A stretch of 63,335 nt of DNA, filler included, from Candidatus Zapsychrus exili (GTDB taxonomy: Bacteria; Omnitrophota; Gorgyraeia; Zapsychrales; Zapsychraceae): the NCBI GenBank assembly GCA_030765585.1. It is 7 parts of 7 records of this genome, joined end to end, with 100 filler letters (N's around TTAATTAATTAA, not from the genome) between each part and the next. Parts side by side here need not be neighbours in the genome. Positions count along the whole stretch, not along the records: positions 1 to 7,232 come from JAVCCJ010000121.1; positions 7,333 to 34,298 come from JAVCCJ010000019.1; 5 more parts are not named here. One strand, 5' to 3'. Shown piece after piece: positions 1 through 10,138 of the stretch. Made by a program: the position numbers and the translations under genes. A model generated the notes under the pieces. That model did not search any database and was not told the DNA's origin. It saw nothing but the letters and a program-made list of their open reading frames with translations. Position 1 is the stretch's first letter, and every line of letters begins with the position of its first letter.

Positions 1-1113
1 AGAGACAGAACTTTTCAAGCTATCTTGCCGTTAAAAGGTAAGATTTTAAATGTTGAAAAATCACGTCTTGATAAAATTTTAAGTAACGAGGAAATAAGAA
101 CTATTATTACAGCGCTTGGAGCAGGTGTTGGCGAAGAATTCAATGTAGAGAAACTACGTTATCATAAAGTGATTATTATGTGTGACGCTGACGTTGATGG
201 GTCGCACATTCGCACCCTTTTATTAACATTGTTATATCGTCAAATGAGACCATTAATTGAAGGTGGATATGTATATATCGCACAACCTCCGCTTTATAAA
301 TTAAAAAGAGGAAAGCGCGAAGAATATATTGAAACCGAAGAAGAAATGAGTGAAATCATTTTAGACATGGGCATGGAAGGCGTTAAGCTGAAAAAAATTA
401 AAGGAGCGCAACAATATACTAATGGTCAATTTAAAGAGGTGTTAAATTTTCTTGCGGATCTTGAAAAAATCGTTGGTATTATACACAGAAGAGGAATTAG
501 TTTTAAAGAGTATGTTTTGATGTATGACAAGAAAACTCACAAAATGCCAATGTATATGGTGAAGGTCGACGGAAAATCAACGTTTGTTTATAATGATAAA
601 GAGCTTGCAAAATTAACTAAAAACGATGAAGAAGCACAGTATGCTGAAATTTTTGAACACGAAGACCTTGAGTTTATAGAAAAGAAATTTCTTAAAATGG
701 GCTTAACTATTCAAGAGTTTGTTAAACCAGATATGAAAAAGACGTATGAAGCAGGTGTAAATAAAAAAGATGCAAAAGCAAAACCAAAAGCACCACTTTT
801 AAAACCACTATTTGTCATAGAAACAGATAATGATAAGCATGAGTTGTTTTCTTTACAGGAAGTTTTAGAATTTGTTAGAGCGCAGGCCAGCAAAGGAATA
901 CAAATTCAAAGATATAAAGGTTTGGGTGAGATGAATCCTCATCAGCTTTGGGAAACAACAATGGATCCAGAGAAGAGAACTATTTTAAAAGTTGTTTTAG
1001 AGGATGCGGTTGAAGTTGAGGAGACATTTTCAACCTTAATGGGTGACGATGTTGCACCTCGTCGTGCTTTTATTGAAGCAAATGCACATTCAGTTAAAGA
1101 TTTGGACATTTAG
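1..1113 (+). CDS. gyrB: DNA gyrase subunit B, C-terminal part (5' truncated by window)
   Basis: PLKGKILNV, Toprim DADVDGSHI and QRYKGLGEMNP motifs; directly upstream of gyrA. Confidence 0.97.
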   Translation, partial: RDRTFQAILPLKGKILNVEKSRLDKILSNEEIRTIITALGAGVGEEFNVEKLRYHKVIIMCDADVDGSHIRTLLLTLLYRQMRPLIEGGYVYIAQPPLYKLKRGKREEYIETEEEMSEIILDMGMEGVKLKKIKGAQQYTNGQFKEVLNFLADLEKIVGIIHRRGISFKEYVLMYDKKTHKMPMYMVKVDGKSTFVYNDKELAKLTKNDEEAQYAEIFEHEDLEFIEKKFLKMGLTIQEFVKPDMKKTYEAGVNKKDAKAKPKAPLLKPLFVIETDNDKHELFSLQEVLEFVRAQASKGIQIQRYKGLGEMNPHQLWETTMDPEKRTILKVVLEDAVEVEETFSTLMGDDVAPRRAFIEANAHSVKDLDI

Positions 1114-1119
1114 ACAGAT

Positions 1120-1200
1120 TTAAGGCTTAAGGCATAAGATGAATGGCAAGATGTTTTTGCGTTTTTATTTTTACCCCTAAAATCTTACCCTTTATCCCTA
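1120..1200. repeat. Intergenic heptamer-repeat tract with loose inverted symmetry
   Basis: TTAAGGC TTAAGGC ATAAGAT ... TTTTACC CCTAAAA TCTTACC CTTTATC. Confidence 0.55.
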
Positions 1201-1221
1201 TTTTAGAAAGGTTAAATATAG

Positions 1222-3675
1222 ATGAAAGACATAACAATGCGGGAAAAAATTATACCTGTATCTATTGAAGAAGAGATGAAAAAATCTTACATTGCGTACT
1301 CTATGAGCGTTATTGTAGGTCGCGCTTTGCCAGATATAAGAGATGGTCTTAAGCCTGTTCATCGTCGTGTTTTGTATGCGATGGATGAATTGAGTCTTGA
1401 TTATGGCAAACCATATAAAAAGTGTGCTCGTATCGTTGGTGAGGTTTTAGGTAAGTATCATCCTCATGGCGATGTTGCGGTTTATGACACCTTAGTGCGT
1501 ATGGTACAAATTTTTTCTTTACGTTATCCTCTTGTAGATGGTCAGGGAAACTTTGGTTCTATTGACGGAGATTCGGCCGCTGCTATGCGCTATACTGAGG
1601 CCAGAATGGCATCAATAACACGCGAGATGTTGTCTGATATAGATAAAGAAACTGTTGATTGGTCGTCTAATTTTGATTCTACATTAAAAGAGCCAACGGT
1701 TTTGCCAGCAGCTTTTCCTAATTTATTAGTTAATGGTTCAAGCGGTATTGCTGTTGGTATGGCAACTAACATGCCACCACACAATTTAAAAGAGGCGGTT
1801 GAAGCTGCTATATATTTAGTTGATAATCCAGATTGCGATGTAATGCATTTAGCAAAAATTTTAAAAGGTCCTGATTTTCCAACAGGAGGTATTATTTGTG
1901 GAAAAGAAGGCATAATTAATGCATATAAGACGGGTCGTGGTAAATTAATTGTTCGTGCAAAGGCAAATATAGAGCGTCAAAAATCTAAAAAAGACAGCAT
2001 TATTGTTACTGAAATTCCTTATCAAGTTAATAAGACTAATTTGATTACAGCAATTGCAGATATAGCGCAAAACAAGAAAATAGACGGAATAACAGATATC
2101 AGGGACGAGTCAGACAAGGACGGCATTCGTATTGTTGTTGAAATGCGTCGCGACGTTGAACCTCAAATTATACTGAATTATTTGTATAAACATACTCAAC
2201 TTGAAACAACCTTTGGTGTTATTAATTTAGCGCTTGTCAATAATAGTCCTAAAGTTTTAAATTTGAAACAAATTTTAAGACATTTTGTTGATCATAGAAA
2301 AGTTATAATAAAGAGAAGAACACAGTTTGATTTAGACAAAGCTTTAAGGCGAGCACATATTTTAGAAGGTTTGCGCATTGCTTTAGAAGGTATTGATAAA
2401 ATAATCAAAACTATACGAGCGTCTAAAACCACTGCTGCTGCTAAAATTGCTTTAATGAAAGATTTTAAGTTAAGCGAAATTCAAGCACAGGCTATTTTAG
2501 AAATGCAGCTCCAAAGGCTTACCGCGCTTGAGCGTGATAAAATAGAAGAAGAATACAAAGCCCTATTAAAAGATATTGAGCACTATAGATCAATATTAGC
2601 CTCTGAGAAAAAAGTAGAAGGTATTATTAAAGATGAGCTAGAGGCTATTAAGAAAAAATATGGTGAAGAAAGACGCACTGAAATCGCTGCTAAAGCAGAA
2701 GAGATTGAAATTGAGGATTTAATCGCTGAAGAAGACATGGCAATTACAATTAGTAATGCTGGATATATTAAAAGACTCGCAGCTTCTGCTTATCGTAAAC
2801 AAAAAAGAGGCGGCAAGGGCGTATCTGCAATGACAACTCGGGAAGAAGATTTTGTTGAGCAGCTTTTTATTGCCTCATCAAAAGATTATTTGCTGATCTT
2901 TTCAAATCAAGGAACGGTTCGTTGGCTTAAGGTCTACGAGATACCTGTTGCATCAAGAGTAGCAAAAGGTAAAAATATTATTAATCTTCTTTCTTTTAGA
3001 AAAGACGAAACAATAAGCTCCATAGTTGCCGTTCGTGAATTTACAGATGATCAGCATTTATTTATGGCAACAGCTGGTGGAAATGTTAAAAAGACAAAAT
3101 TGTCAGCTTTTAGTAATCCTCGTCGTGGAGGCATTGTTGGTATTGGTTTAGAAAAAGATGACTATATGATAGGCGCGGCTTTGAGCAGTGATAAATTTGA
3201 AGTTGTTTTAGCTACTAAAGCTGGCAAAGCGCTTCGTTTTTCAGAAAAGCAAGTGCGCAATATGGGTCGTGGAGCAAAAGGTGTGCGAGGGATTAGGTTA
3301 GGAAAAGATGATAAAGTTGTTAGTATGTTAGTTTTTCCTCCCGATATTGCAAAAACAGGTAGTACACTTTTAACCGTTACAGCAAAAGGGTTTGTTAAGA
3401 GATCAGATTTTGATGCGTATAGGGTACAAGCTAGAGGTGGAAAAGGTATTATTAATCTTAAAGTAACTGAGCGCAATGGACATGTTGCTGGAGTTTTATC
3501 TGTTATGCCGGAAGATGAGATAATGACGGTTACTAAGCAAGGTATGATAGTTAGATGTCCTCCAAAAGATATTCGCCAAACAGGAAGAAGTACGCAGGGA
3601 GTACGTTTAATTAATTTAGATGAAGGCGATATAGTTGCATCTGTTGCTAATGTTATAGCAAAAGAAGAAGAATAA
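1222..3675 (+). CDS. gyrA: DNA gyrase subunit A
   Basis: [22 protein letters not shown], catalytic AAMRYTE, GyrA-box QKRGGKG. Confidence 0.98.
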   Translation: MKDITMREKIIPVSIEEEMKKSYIAYSMSVIVGRALPDIRDGLKPVHRRVLYAMDELSLDYGKPYKKCARIVGEVLGKYHPHGDVAVYDTLVRMVQIFSLRYPLVDGQGNFGSIDGDSAAAMRYTEARMASITREMLSDIDKETVDWSSNFDSTLKEPTVLPAAFPNLLVNGSSGIAVGMATNMPPHNLKEAVEAAIYLVDNPDCDVMHLAKILKGPDFPTGGIICGKEGIINAYKTGRGKLIVRAKANIERQKSKKDSIIVTEIPYQVNKTNLITAIADIAQNKKIDGITDIRDESDKDGIRIVVEMRRDVEPQIILNYLYKHTQLETTFGVINLALVNNSPKVLNLKQILRHFVDHRKVIIKRRTQFDLDKALRRAHILEGLRIALEGIDKIIKTIRASKTTAAAKIALMKDFKLSEIQAQAILEMQLQRLTALERDKIEEEYKALLKDIEHYRSILASEKKVEGIIKDELEAIKKKYGEERRTEIAAKAEEIEIEDLIAEEDMAITISNAGYIKRLAASAYRKQKRGGKGVSAMTTREEDFVEQLFIASSKDYLLIFSNQGTVRWLKVYEIPVASRVAKGKNIINLLSFRKDETISSIVAVREFTDDQHLFMATAGGNVKKTKLSAFSNPRRGGIVGIGLEKDDYMIGAALSSDKFEVVLATKAGKALRFSEKQVRNMGRGAKGVRGIRLGKDDKVVSMLVFPPDIAKTGSTLLTVTAKGFVKRSDFDAYRVQARGGKGIINLKVTERNGHVAGVLSVMPEDEIMTVTKQGMIVRCPPKDIRQTGRSTQGVRLINLDEGDIVASVANVIAKEEE

Positions 3676-3693
3676 TGGATTGAAATTTTTTAC

Positions 3694-3721
3694 TTGACCA
3701 AAAAGAAAACTTGCATATAAT
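3694..3721 (+). promoter_or_regulatory. Sigma70-like promoter upstream of GIY-YIG/tRNA-Glu
   Basis: TTGACC-16 nt-TATAAT. Confidence 0.6.
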
Positions 3722-3860
3722 AAGTTTCTTGTCGCACAGGAAATTATTAAATAATGTTTTTTGTTGTTTGCTTCAAGGAATCTTCGCCTCGCTAAAGAAT
3801 TAAAGGTTGCGAAGCTTTCTACTTAATTGAGAGTTTTACATATTAAGATCCTATCGTAAA

Positions 3861-3934
3861 TGAACGTTCAATTTGTGGAGCACAAATGCTCGCAAATTGT
3901 TACGTAAATTTATCCTGAGCGTAGCGAAGGATCT
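3861..3934. repeat. Two adjacent REP-like palindromic elements
   Basis: Hairpin 3861-3906 plus AAATTTATCCTGAGCGTAGCGAAGGATCT; related copies on the opposite strand at 30937-31072. Confidence 0.65.
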
Positions 3935-3944
3935 GAATTAGCGT

Positions 3945-4211
3945 ATGAATGAATGTTGGTATGTTTATATTATAGAATGTCGTGACAAGACATTATATGT
4001 TGGTGTTGCTAAAGATGTAGAAAAGCGAGTAGGGTTACATAATAAAGGTTTAGCTTGTCGTTTTACTAAGTATTGTAAGCCAGTTAAGTTGCTTTATGTT
4101 GAAGAAGCGTTGAATCAAAATATTGCATTAAGCAGAGAGAGACAGCTAAAAGGTTTCACGAGACAAAAGAAGCTTGATTTGATTAATAATAAAGATTCTG
4201 CAGGCAAATAA
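3945..4211 (+). CDS. Small GIY-YIG nuclease (UPF0213/YhbQ-like)
   Basis: WYVYIIEC..LYVG, R...HN and RERQLK motifs; 88 aa. Confidence 0.9.
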   Translation: MNECWYVYIIECRDKTLYVGVAKDVEKRVGLHNKGLACRFTKYCKPVKLLYVEEALNQNIALSRERQLKGFTRQKKLDLINNKDSAGK

Positions 4212-4247
4212 ACTGCCTTCAGAATCAAATTTTGTTGTACAAAATTT

Positions 4248-4321
4248 GACCCCATCGTCTAGTTTGGTCAGGACTCGAGCTTTTCAAGCTCGCAACACCG
4301 GTTCAAATCCGGTTGGGGTCG
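4248..4321 (+). tRNA. tRNA-Glu (TTC), CCA not encoded
   Basis: Acceptor GACCCCA/TGGGGTC, anticodon arm CGAGC-TTTTCAA-GCTCG, T arm ACCGG-TTCAAAT-CCGGT. Confidence 0.96.
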
Positions 4322-4324
4322 TTG

Positions 4325-4363
4325 AATTGAAAAAGGGCATCTTTTAGGTGTCCTTTTTCAATT
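4325..4363 (+). terminator. Intrinsic terminator after tRNA-Glu
   Basis: AATTGAAAAAGGGCATC-loop-GGTGTCCTTTTTCAATT. Confidence 0.8.
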
Positions 4364-4669
4364 TATATGATCTCACGGATGAACTCGACAAATCACCGCA
4401 GCGTGGTTCCGGCTCTATTGATCGGCCCTATTAATTTCTTAGAAAAGCGATTAATCTGGCAAGCGTAAGCGAAGTCAAATCTGGCCTACCTCTCTGCGGA
4501 ACAGAGGGTGAGAGCCGTATCATAAATGAGCCTAAATTTCACTTTAATCTCATTTACCCCTACCGCTACAATTTTCCTATTGACAATTTTGTTAAACTGT
4601 TTTATATTTAAACGAGAAATTCGTGCAATACGTGATAAACAAGAGATATGAAACAAACAGGAGGTATAA

Positions 4670-5059
4670 ATGCAAAAGATTCTTGTCGTTGATGATGATC
4701 AGGACTTGTCTGGAATCATCAAGTCTGTGCTTGAATATGAAGGATATACGGTTTTTGTGGCAAATGATGCGCAAAAAGGTATAAACATAGCAGAAGAACA
4801 GAGTCCAAATCTTATTTTATTAGATATTGTTATGCCTGGTATGGATGGCTCTGAAGCAGTGTCTGTTTTAAAATCTAAAGAATCCACTAAAGACATTCCA
4901 GTTGTTTTTCTTACAGGGCTTATGTCTGATGAAGATGAAAACAGCGGAGTTGATGGTATCAATATAGGAGGAGTATATCATCAGGCCTTAGCGAAGCCTT
5001 TTGAAAATGTACAATTAATAGAATTAGTTAAAAAATCTTTACAACAAATAGGAAATTAA
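4670..5059 (+). CDS. Single-domain response regulator
   Basis: ILVVDDD, LILLDIVMPGMDG and KPF receiver motifs; RBS AGGAGG. Confidence 0.92.
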   Translation: MQKILVVDDDQDLSGIIKSVLEYEGYTVFVANDAQKGINIAEEQSPNLILLDIVMPGMDGSEAVSVLKSKESTKDIPVVFLTGLMSDEDENSGVDGINIGGVYHQALAKPFENVQLIELVKKSLQQIGN

Positions 5060-5060
5060 A

Positions 5061-5642
5061 ATGATAAAAACAGTTTTAACAACACATGAAATGGCAAAAT
5101 ACTGTAATGTTGCGCCACGTACTGTAATACAGTGGGTTAACGAAGGGAAGATTAAATCATATAAAACGCCAGGTAATCATAATAGGGTTGAGTTGTCGGA
5201 ATTTTTAAGATTTCTACAAGAGTACAATATGCCAATTCCTAAAGAGTTGGATAATTTTGATAAATTAAACAATAATAAAAAAATACTTATTGTTGATGAT
5301 GATAAAAATATAGCTAGAGCAATCAATAGAGTTCTTACTCTTAAGGGAGAATATGATTTGGAAATTGCTTTTGATGGTTTCGATGCTGGTAGAAAAATAA
5401 CGATGTTTGAGCCAGATTTGGTAATTTTAGATATTAAAATGCCTGGTATGGACGGTTACGCAGTTGCTGACAGAATAAGGTCGGACGAGCAAACGACAAA
5501 TATTAAGATACTTGCTATATCAGCTTTTTTTGATGATGAATCTAAGGCAAGGATTGTGTCGTGTGGCGCAGATGCGCATTTAGATAAACCATTTAGTCAA
5601 GAAGATTTGTTAGAGAAAATAGAAGAGTTATTACAAAATTAA
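5061..5642 (+). CDS. Excisionase-type HTH plus receiver domain regulator
   Basis: N-terminal LTTHEMAKYC..TPGNHNR; C-terminal ILIVDDD/LDIKMPGMDG/KPF. Confidence 0.88.
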   Translation: MIKTVLTTHEMAKYCNVAPRTVIQWVNEGKIKSYKTPGNHNRVELSEFLRFLQEYNMPIPKELDNFDKLNNNKKILIVDDDKNIARAINRVLTLKGEYDLEIAFDGFDAGRKITMFEPDLVILDIKMPGMDGYAVADRIRSDEQTTNIKILAISAFFDDESKARIVSCGADAHLDKPFSQEDLLEKIEELLQN

Positions 5643-6824
5643 TGAATAATTTTTGGGGGGGCAAAAGAATGAACGAACAAGATGTTGGGAAAGAACATTT
5701 TAGAGATAAATTTAAGGATTTGTTTGATAATATGAGTGATGGGGTTGCAATTTATGAAGCTGTAGATGATGGAAATGATTTTATATTTAGAAATATTAAT
5801 AGGGCTGGTGAAAGAATTTCTAAAGTAAGTAAAGATGAAATTATTAATAAAAGCGTTCTTAAGGTGTTTCCTAATATTGTAGAATTTGGTTTATTTGATG
5901 TTTTTAAGAAGGTTTATAGGACAGGAGATCCAGCGCTGCATCCAGCTTCTCTTTATAAGGATAATCGCGTGGTTCATTGGACAGAAAATTACGTATTTAA
6001 ATTAAAGACCGGAGAAATAGTTGCAGTATATAATGATGTAACTGATTTAAAAAAAGCAGAAGAAGAAATTAAGGGTTTATCAAAGTTTCCTTCTGAGAAC
6101 TCAAATCCTGTATTGCGCATTAATAATGACAAGACTGTTTTATATGCAAATTTGGTTGCGGAAGATATTTTGTCAAAAGAAAACATAAAGACAGGTAGTG
6201 GCTTATATTGTGCACATAGTTGATAGTAATTATTTTAATATATACGGCACAGATATAACTGAGCGTGTTCGCGCTGATGAAGAAAGAAGGTCTTCGAGAA
6301 AAATTTTAAAAGCTGTTATTGATAATTCTTCCGCGATTATTTATGTTAAAGATTTAGAGGGAAAATATATTTTAATTAATTCAATGTTTGAGAAGATATT
6401 TCATATATTACGGGAAGATGCAGTGGGAAAAACAGATTATGAATTGCTTCCAAAGAAAACAGCAGATGCGCTTAGGGTCGCTGATTTTAAAGTGTTGGAA
6501 CACAATATGCCTGTTCAAATAGAGGAAGATGTTCCGCACGATGATGGTATGCACCATTATGTTTCTATTAAATTTCCTCTTTGTGATGATAGTGGAAAAT
6601 TAATAGCTGTTTGTGGCATGTCAACAGACATTACCGAGAGAAAGAAATCAGAAAAAGATATGCAGATATATGTTGAAGAGTTGGAATTTTATAAAAAGGT
6701 TACTGTTGAGCGTGAAATAAAATTAATTGAATTAAAAAAAGAAGTAAATACGCTTTATAAAAAATTGGGGCAAACAGATAAGTATGATTTATCTTTCGCG
6801 GATGATAAAGAACAGGGAGAATAA
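5642..6824 (+). pseudogene. Multi-PAS sensor protein split into two overlapping ORFs (5642-6223, 6198-6824)
   Basis: PAS/PAC ends DVTDLK, DITERV, DITERK; frame changes in the middle of a PAS domain at ~6198; no kinase domain. Confidence 0.65.
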
Positions 6825-6830
6825 TAGAAT

Positions 6831-7232
6831 ATGCTGAATATTAGAGGACAACAAAAGAATAAAGGGATCTTGTTGGCTATTTTTATTGGTTTTATAGCGC
6901 TAATAATCAAGCGTTCTGTAAACAGTGCAGTTTTTGACCCTTTGGTTGTTGCTATGATTTTAGGAATATTAATAAGATCTTTTTTTAAGTTTAGTAAAGA
7001 AATGGTCGCAGGGTTAGCAAAGGTTCCAGAGACATTTATACCTTTAGGGGTTATATTGTATGGAGCGGTCAATCTTAATTTTACAAAAATTTTTACAGTT
7101 GATACAAGCCATATTTTTCTTTTGTTTATTGTTTTTATTGTATACATTGTATCAGCCGTTGTTCTTTCTAGTTTATTTGGGCTTAATGAAAAGACAGGAT
7201 ATTTAATTGCTACAGGGTCTGCTATTTGTGGC
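6831..7232 (+). CDS. YeiH-like (putative sulfate exporter) membrane protein, truncated at contig end
   Basis: Multiple TM segments, AMILGILI and GSAICG motifs. Confidence 0.8.
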
Positions 7233-7332
7233 NNNNNNNNNNNNNNNNNNNNNNNNNNNNNNNNNNNNNNNNNNNNTTAATTAATTAANNNNNNNNNNNN
7301 NNNNNNNNNNNNNNNNNNNNNNNNNNNNNNNN
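7233..7332. other. Artificial contig linker
   Basis: N44-TTAATTAATTAA-N44. Confidence 0.99.
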
Positions 7333-7333
7333 T

Positions 7334-7552
7334 GCTAATAGTATTTGCAGCAGTCAGCTTGGCGCAGGATATAAGATAGCTGAGCATCACGATGGCAGAT
7401 GGGTATTAGGTATGAGTACAACTCAATATTACGGGGCAACTTGGCCAGCAACCACAAGCAGAGGGGGATGGACTTTTTGGGCTAATGGAAACATTAGCAG
7501 TGCATCTAGATTTTGGGTTTATATTAATAATCAGGATGCAAATTGTTGGTAG
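7334..7552 (+). CDS. C-terminal fragment of a Trp/Cys-rich extracellular-type domain (not in ORF track)
   Basis: Open frame ANSICSSQLGAGYKIAEHHDG...RFWVYINNQDANCW*. Confidence 0.7.
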   Translation, partial: ANSICSSQLGAGYKIAEHHDGRWVLGMSTTQYYGATWPATTSRGGWTFWANGNISSASRFWVYINNQDANCW

Positions 7553-7624
7553 ATTGGTTATGCAATGAGTGGTTGTGGAATTATAAAATAAGTAGTGTTG
7601 TTAAATAAAAAGGTGTTATTTTTG

Positions 7625-9133
7625 GTGAAGATAGATGTACTATTTATAAAAGCGAATAATCAAAAGAAAGTTTTTCAGGCTTTAAGCGAAGGTTTTTCTG
7701 GAATAGAGCCGCCTATGTGGCTAGTGCTAACCGCAGCTTATTTAAGAGAAAAGGGCTTATCTGTTGCAGTTGTAGACGCTGAAGCTGAAAACTTAAGTAT
7801 TGTCGAAACAATTTCTCGCATAAAAGAAGTTAATCCTCTTTTGGCCTCTGTTGTTGTGTCTGGAACAAATCCTTCTGCATCAACAATAAATATGCCTGTT
7901 GCAGGAGAGGTTTTAAAAGAAATAAAAGATAAGTTGCCGGATGTTTATAGCGTAATATCAGGGCTTCATCCTTCTGCTTTGCCAGAACAGACCGTAAAAG
8001 AAATAGCAGCGGATTTTATTATTGTTGGTGAAGGTTTCACAACACATCATGAACTTATTTGTGCTTTAAAAGCAGGTAAGAGTAGGGATGATATTCTAGA
8101 AATAGGAGGACTTTGGTATAAGCAAGATGAAAAGATTGTATCAAATCCTCGTGCAGAGAACATACAAAACTTAGGTAGTCTTCCTATGCCTGCGTGGGAT
8201 CTTCTGCCGATGGAGAAATATAGAGCTCATAATTGGCATTGTTTTTCTCATATCGGAGAAAGAAGGCCTTATGCAGTTATTTATACAAGTTTAGGTTGTC
8301 CTTTTAAATGTGAGTTTTGTTGTATAAATGCGCTTTTTGGAAAACCAGGTATTCGTTATCGTTCGCCAGAGCGTGTAGTTGAAGAGATAGAATATTTAGT
8401 TAAAGTTCATGGAGTTCAGAACATAAAAGTATTAGATGAGCTTTTTATTTCTCGCTGGAGCCATGTTGAGGCGATATGTGATGGTATTATTGAAAAAAGA
8501 TTGGGAGATAAATTAAATTTCTGGGTATATGGACGTATTGATTCGGTTAAGGAACATATGCTTGAGAAAATGAAAAAGGCAGGTATTAATTGGATAGCAT
8601 ATGGAATTGAGGCAGGAAGTAAAAAGGTTCGTGATGGAGTGTCAAAAGGCAGATTCGAAACAGAGGAAGTAAGACGAGTCGTTGATATGACGCACAAGGC
8701 GGGCATACATATTGTATCGAACTTTATATTTGGGCTCCCTGATGATGATTTTGAAACTATGCAAGAGACGCTTGATTTAGCTAAAGAACTTAATTGTGCT
8801 TATGCGAATTTTTATTGTGCAATGGCTTATCCTGGTTCAAAGCTTTATGAAAATGCTGTTGAATCTGGCGTGCCACTTCCGTCGAGTTGGAGCGCATATT
8901 CGCAATTTAGCAAAGATTCGTTGCCACTTCCTACAAAACATTTATTAAGTGGACAAGTTTTAAAGTTTCGTGATGATGCGTTTAATGATTATTATAATGA
9001 CCCTAAGTATTTAGATATGGTTTTAAAGAATTTTGACGAAAGAACAGTTGATAATATAAAAGAGATGTGTTCAGTAAAACTTATAAGAAATAATTATGAA
9101 CAAAACAATGATGTTCTGTTTGAACATAAATAG
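7625..9133 (+). CDS. Cobalamin-binding radical SAM protein (class B methyltransferase-like)
   Basis: N-terminal B12-binding domain, CPFKCEFC CxxxCxxC; probable GTG start 7625 (track start 7595). Confidence 0.9.
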   Translation: MKIDVLFIKANNQKKVFQALSEGFSGIEPPMWLVLTAAYLREKGLSVAVVDAEAENLSIVETISRIKEVNPLLASVVVSGTNPSASTINMPVAGEVLKEIKDKLPDVYSVISGLHPSALPEQTVKEIAADFIIVGEGFTTHHELICALKAGKSRDDILEIGGLWYKQDEKIVSNPRAENIQNLGSLPMPAWDLLPMEKYRAHNWHCFSHIGERRPYAVIYTSLGCPFKCEFCCINALFGKPGIRYRSPERVVEEIEYLVKVHGVQNIKVLDELFISRWSHVEAICDGIIEKRLGDKLNFWVYGRIDSVKEHMLEKMKKAGINWIAYGIEAGSKKVRDGVSKGRFETEEVRRVVDMTHKAGIHIVSNFIFGLPDDDFETMQETLDLAKELNCAYANFYCAMAYPGSKLYENAVESGVPLPSSWSAYSQFSKDSLPLPTKHLLSGQVLKFRDDAFNDYYNDPKYLDMVLKNFDERTVDNIKEMCSVKLIRNNYEQNNDVLFEHK

Positions 9134-9151
9134 AGAATCGGAGATAAAGAT

Positions 9152-10135
9152 ATGATTATTAGCCGCACACCATTTAGAGTTTCTTTTTTTGGAGGAGGGA
9201 CTGATTATCCTCGTTGGTTTGAAGAACATGGAGGCGCGGTTCTTGCGACCACAATAAATAAATATTGCTACATAACTTGTCGATACTTGCCGCCGTTTTT
9301 TGATCATAAATCAAGAATCATTTATTCAAAGATGGAACAGGTTAATAAAATAAGTGAGATAAATCATCCTTCGGCTCGAGAGACTATTAAATTTCTAAAA
9401 ATAAAACAAGGTTTAGAGATCCATCATGATGGTGATTTGCCTGCACGAACAGGTTTAGGCTCAAGCTCTTCTTTTACAGTAGGACTTTTAAATGCGCTGT
9501 ATGCTTTAAAGGGTGTAATGTCGACTAAAGAAAAACTAGCTAAAGAGGCAATTCATATAGAACAAAAAATGTGTGCAGAAAATGTTGGTTGCCAAGATCA
9601 AACATTGGCAGCATTCGGCGGGCTTAACTTTATTGAATTTGGTGGAAGTAAACATCTTAAAGTTAATCGTATTACTATTCCAACTGAAAAAATAAAAAAG
9701 CTTCAAAATCATTTTATGCTTTATTTTACAGGTTTTTCTCGTATTGCATCAACTATTGCAGAGCATCAGATAAGAAATATTCCAAAGAAAAAAAAAGAGT
9801 TAAAGGCAATTTATGATATGGCTTTTGAGGCGTTAGATGTGATTCAGGGAAATAATATAAAGAAATTTGGTAAGCTTTTAGATGAAACTTGGAAAATAAA
9901 AAGAACATTGTCTGACAGAATATCTACGTCGAATATAGACGATATTTATAATGCTGCAAAAAAAGCAGGTGCAACAGGAGGCAAGCTTTTAGGTGCTGGA
10001 GGCGGAGGTTTTGTCTTATTTTTTGTCCCGCCAGAAAAACAACCACAAGTAAGAAAAGCGCTTGATAAACTTTTGTTAGTTCCTTTTGAGTTTGAGAATT
10101 TAGGAAGTCAGATTATCTTTTATCAGCCAACGTAA
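9152..10135 (+). CDS. hddA: GHMP kinase, D-glycero-alpha-D-manno-heptose-7-phosphate kinase-like
   Basis: SRTPFRVSFFGGGTD, GLGSSSS, GKLLGAGGGG. Confidence 0.85.
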   Translation: MIISRTPFRVSFFGGGTDYPRWFEEHGGAVLATTINKYCYITCRYLPPFFDHKSRIIYSKMEQVNKISEINHPSARETIKFLKIKQGLEIHHDGDLPARTGLGSSSSFTVGLLNALYALKGVMSTKEKLAKEAIHIEQKMCAENVGCQDQTLAAFGGLNFIEFGGSKHLKVNRITIPTEKIKKLQNHFMLYFTGFSRIASTIAEHQIRNIPKKKKELKAIYDMAFEALDVIQGNNIKKFGKLLDETWKIKRTLSDRISTSNIDDIYNAAKKAGATGGKLLGAGGGGFVLFFVPPEKQPQVRKALDKLLLVPFEFENLGSQIIFYQPT

Positions 10136-10138
10136 TAT

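Noticed and set aside
330..890. Intein in GyrB
   Set aside because: The insert sits where the usual Gram-negative Toprim insertion lies and lacks intein terminal residues
7233..7332. Recurring TTAATTAATTAA palindrome within N runs (six copies)
   Set aside because: Synthetic linker with stops in all frames; ORF ends at 7280, 34354 and 39616 are artefacts
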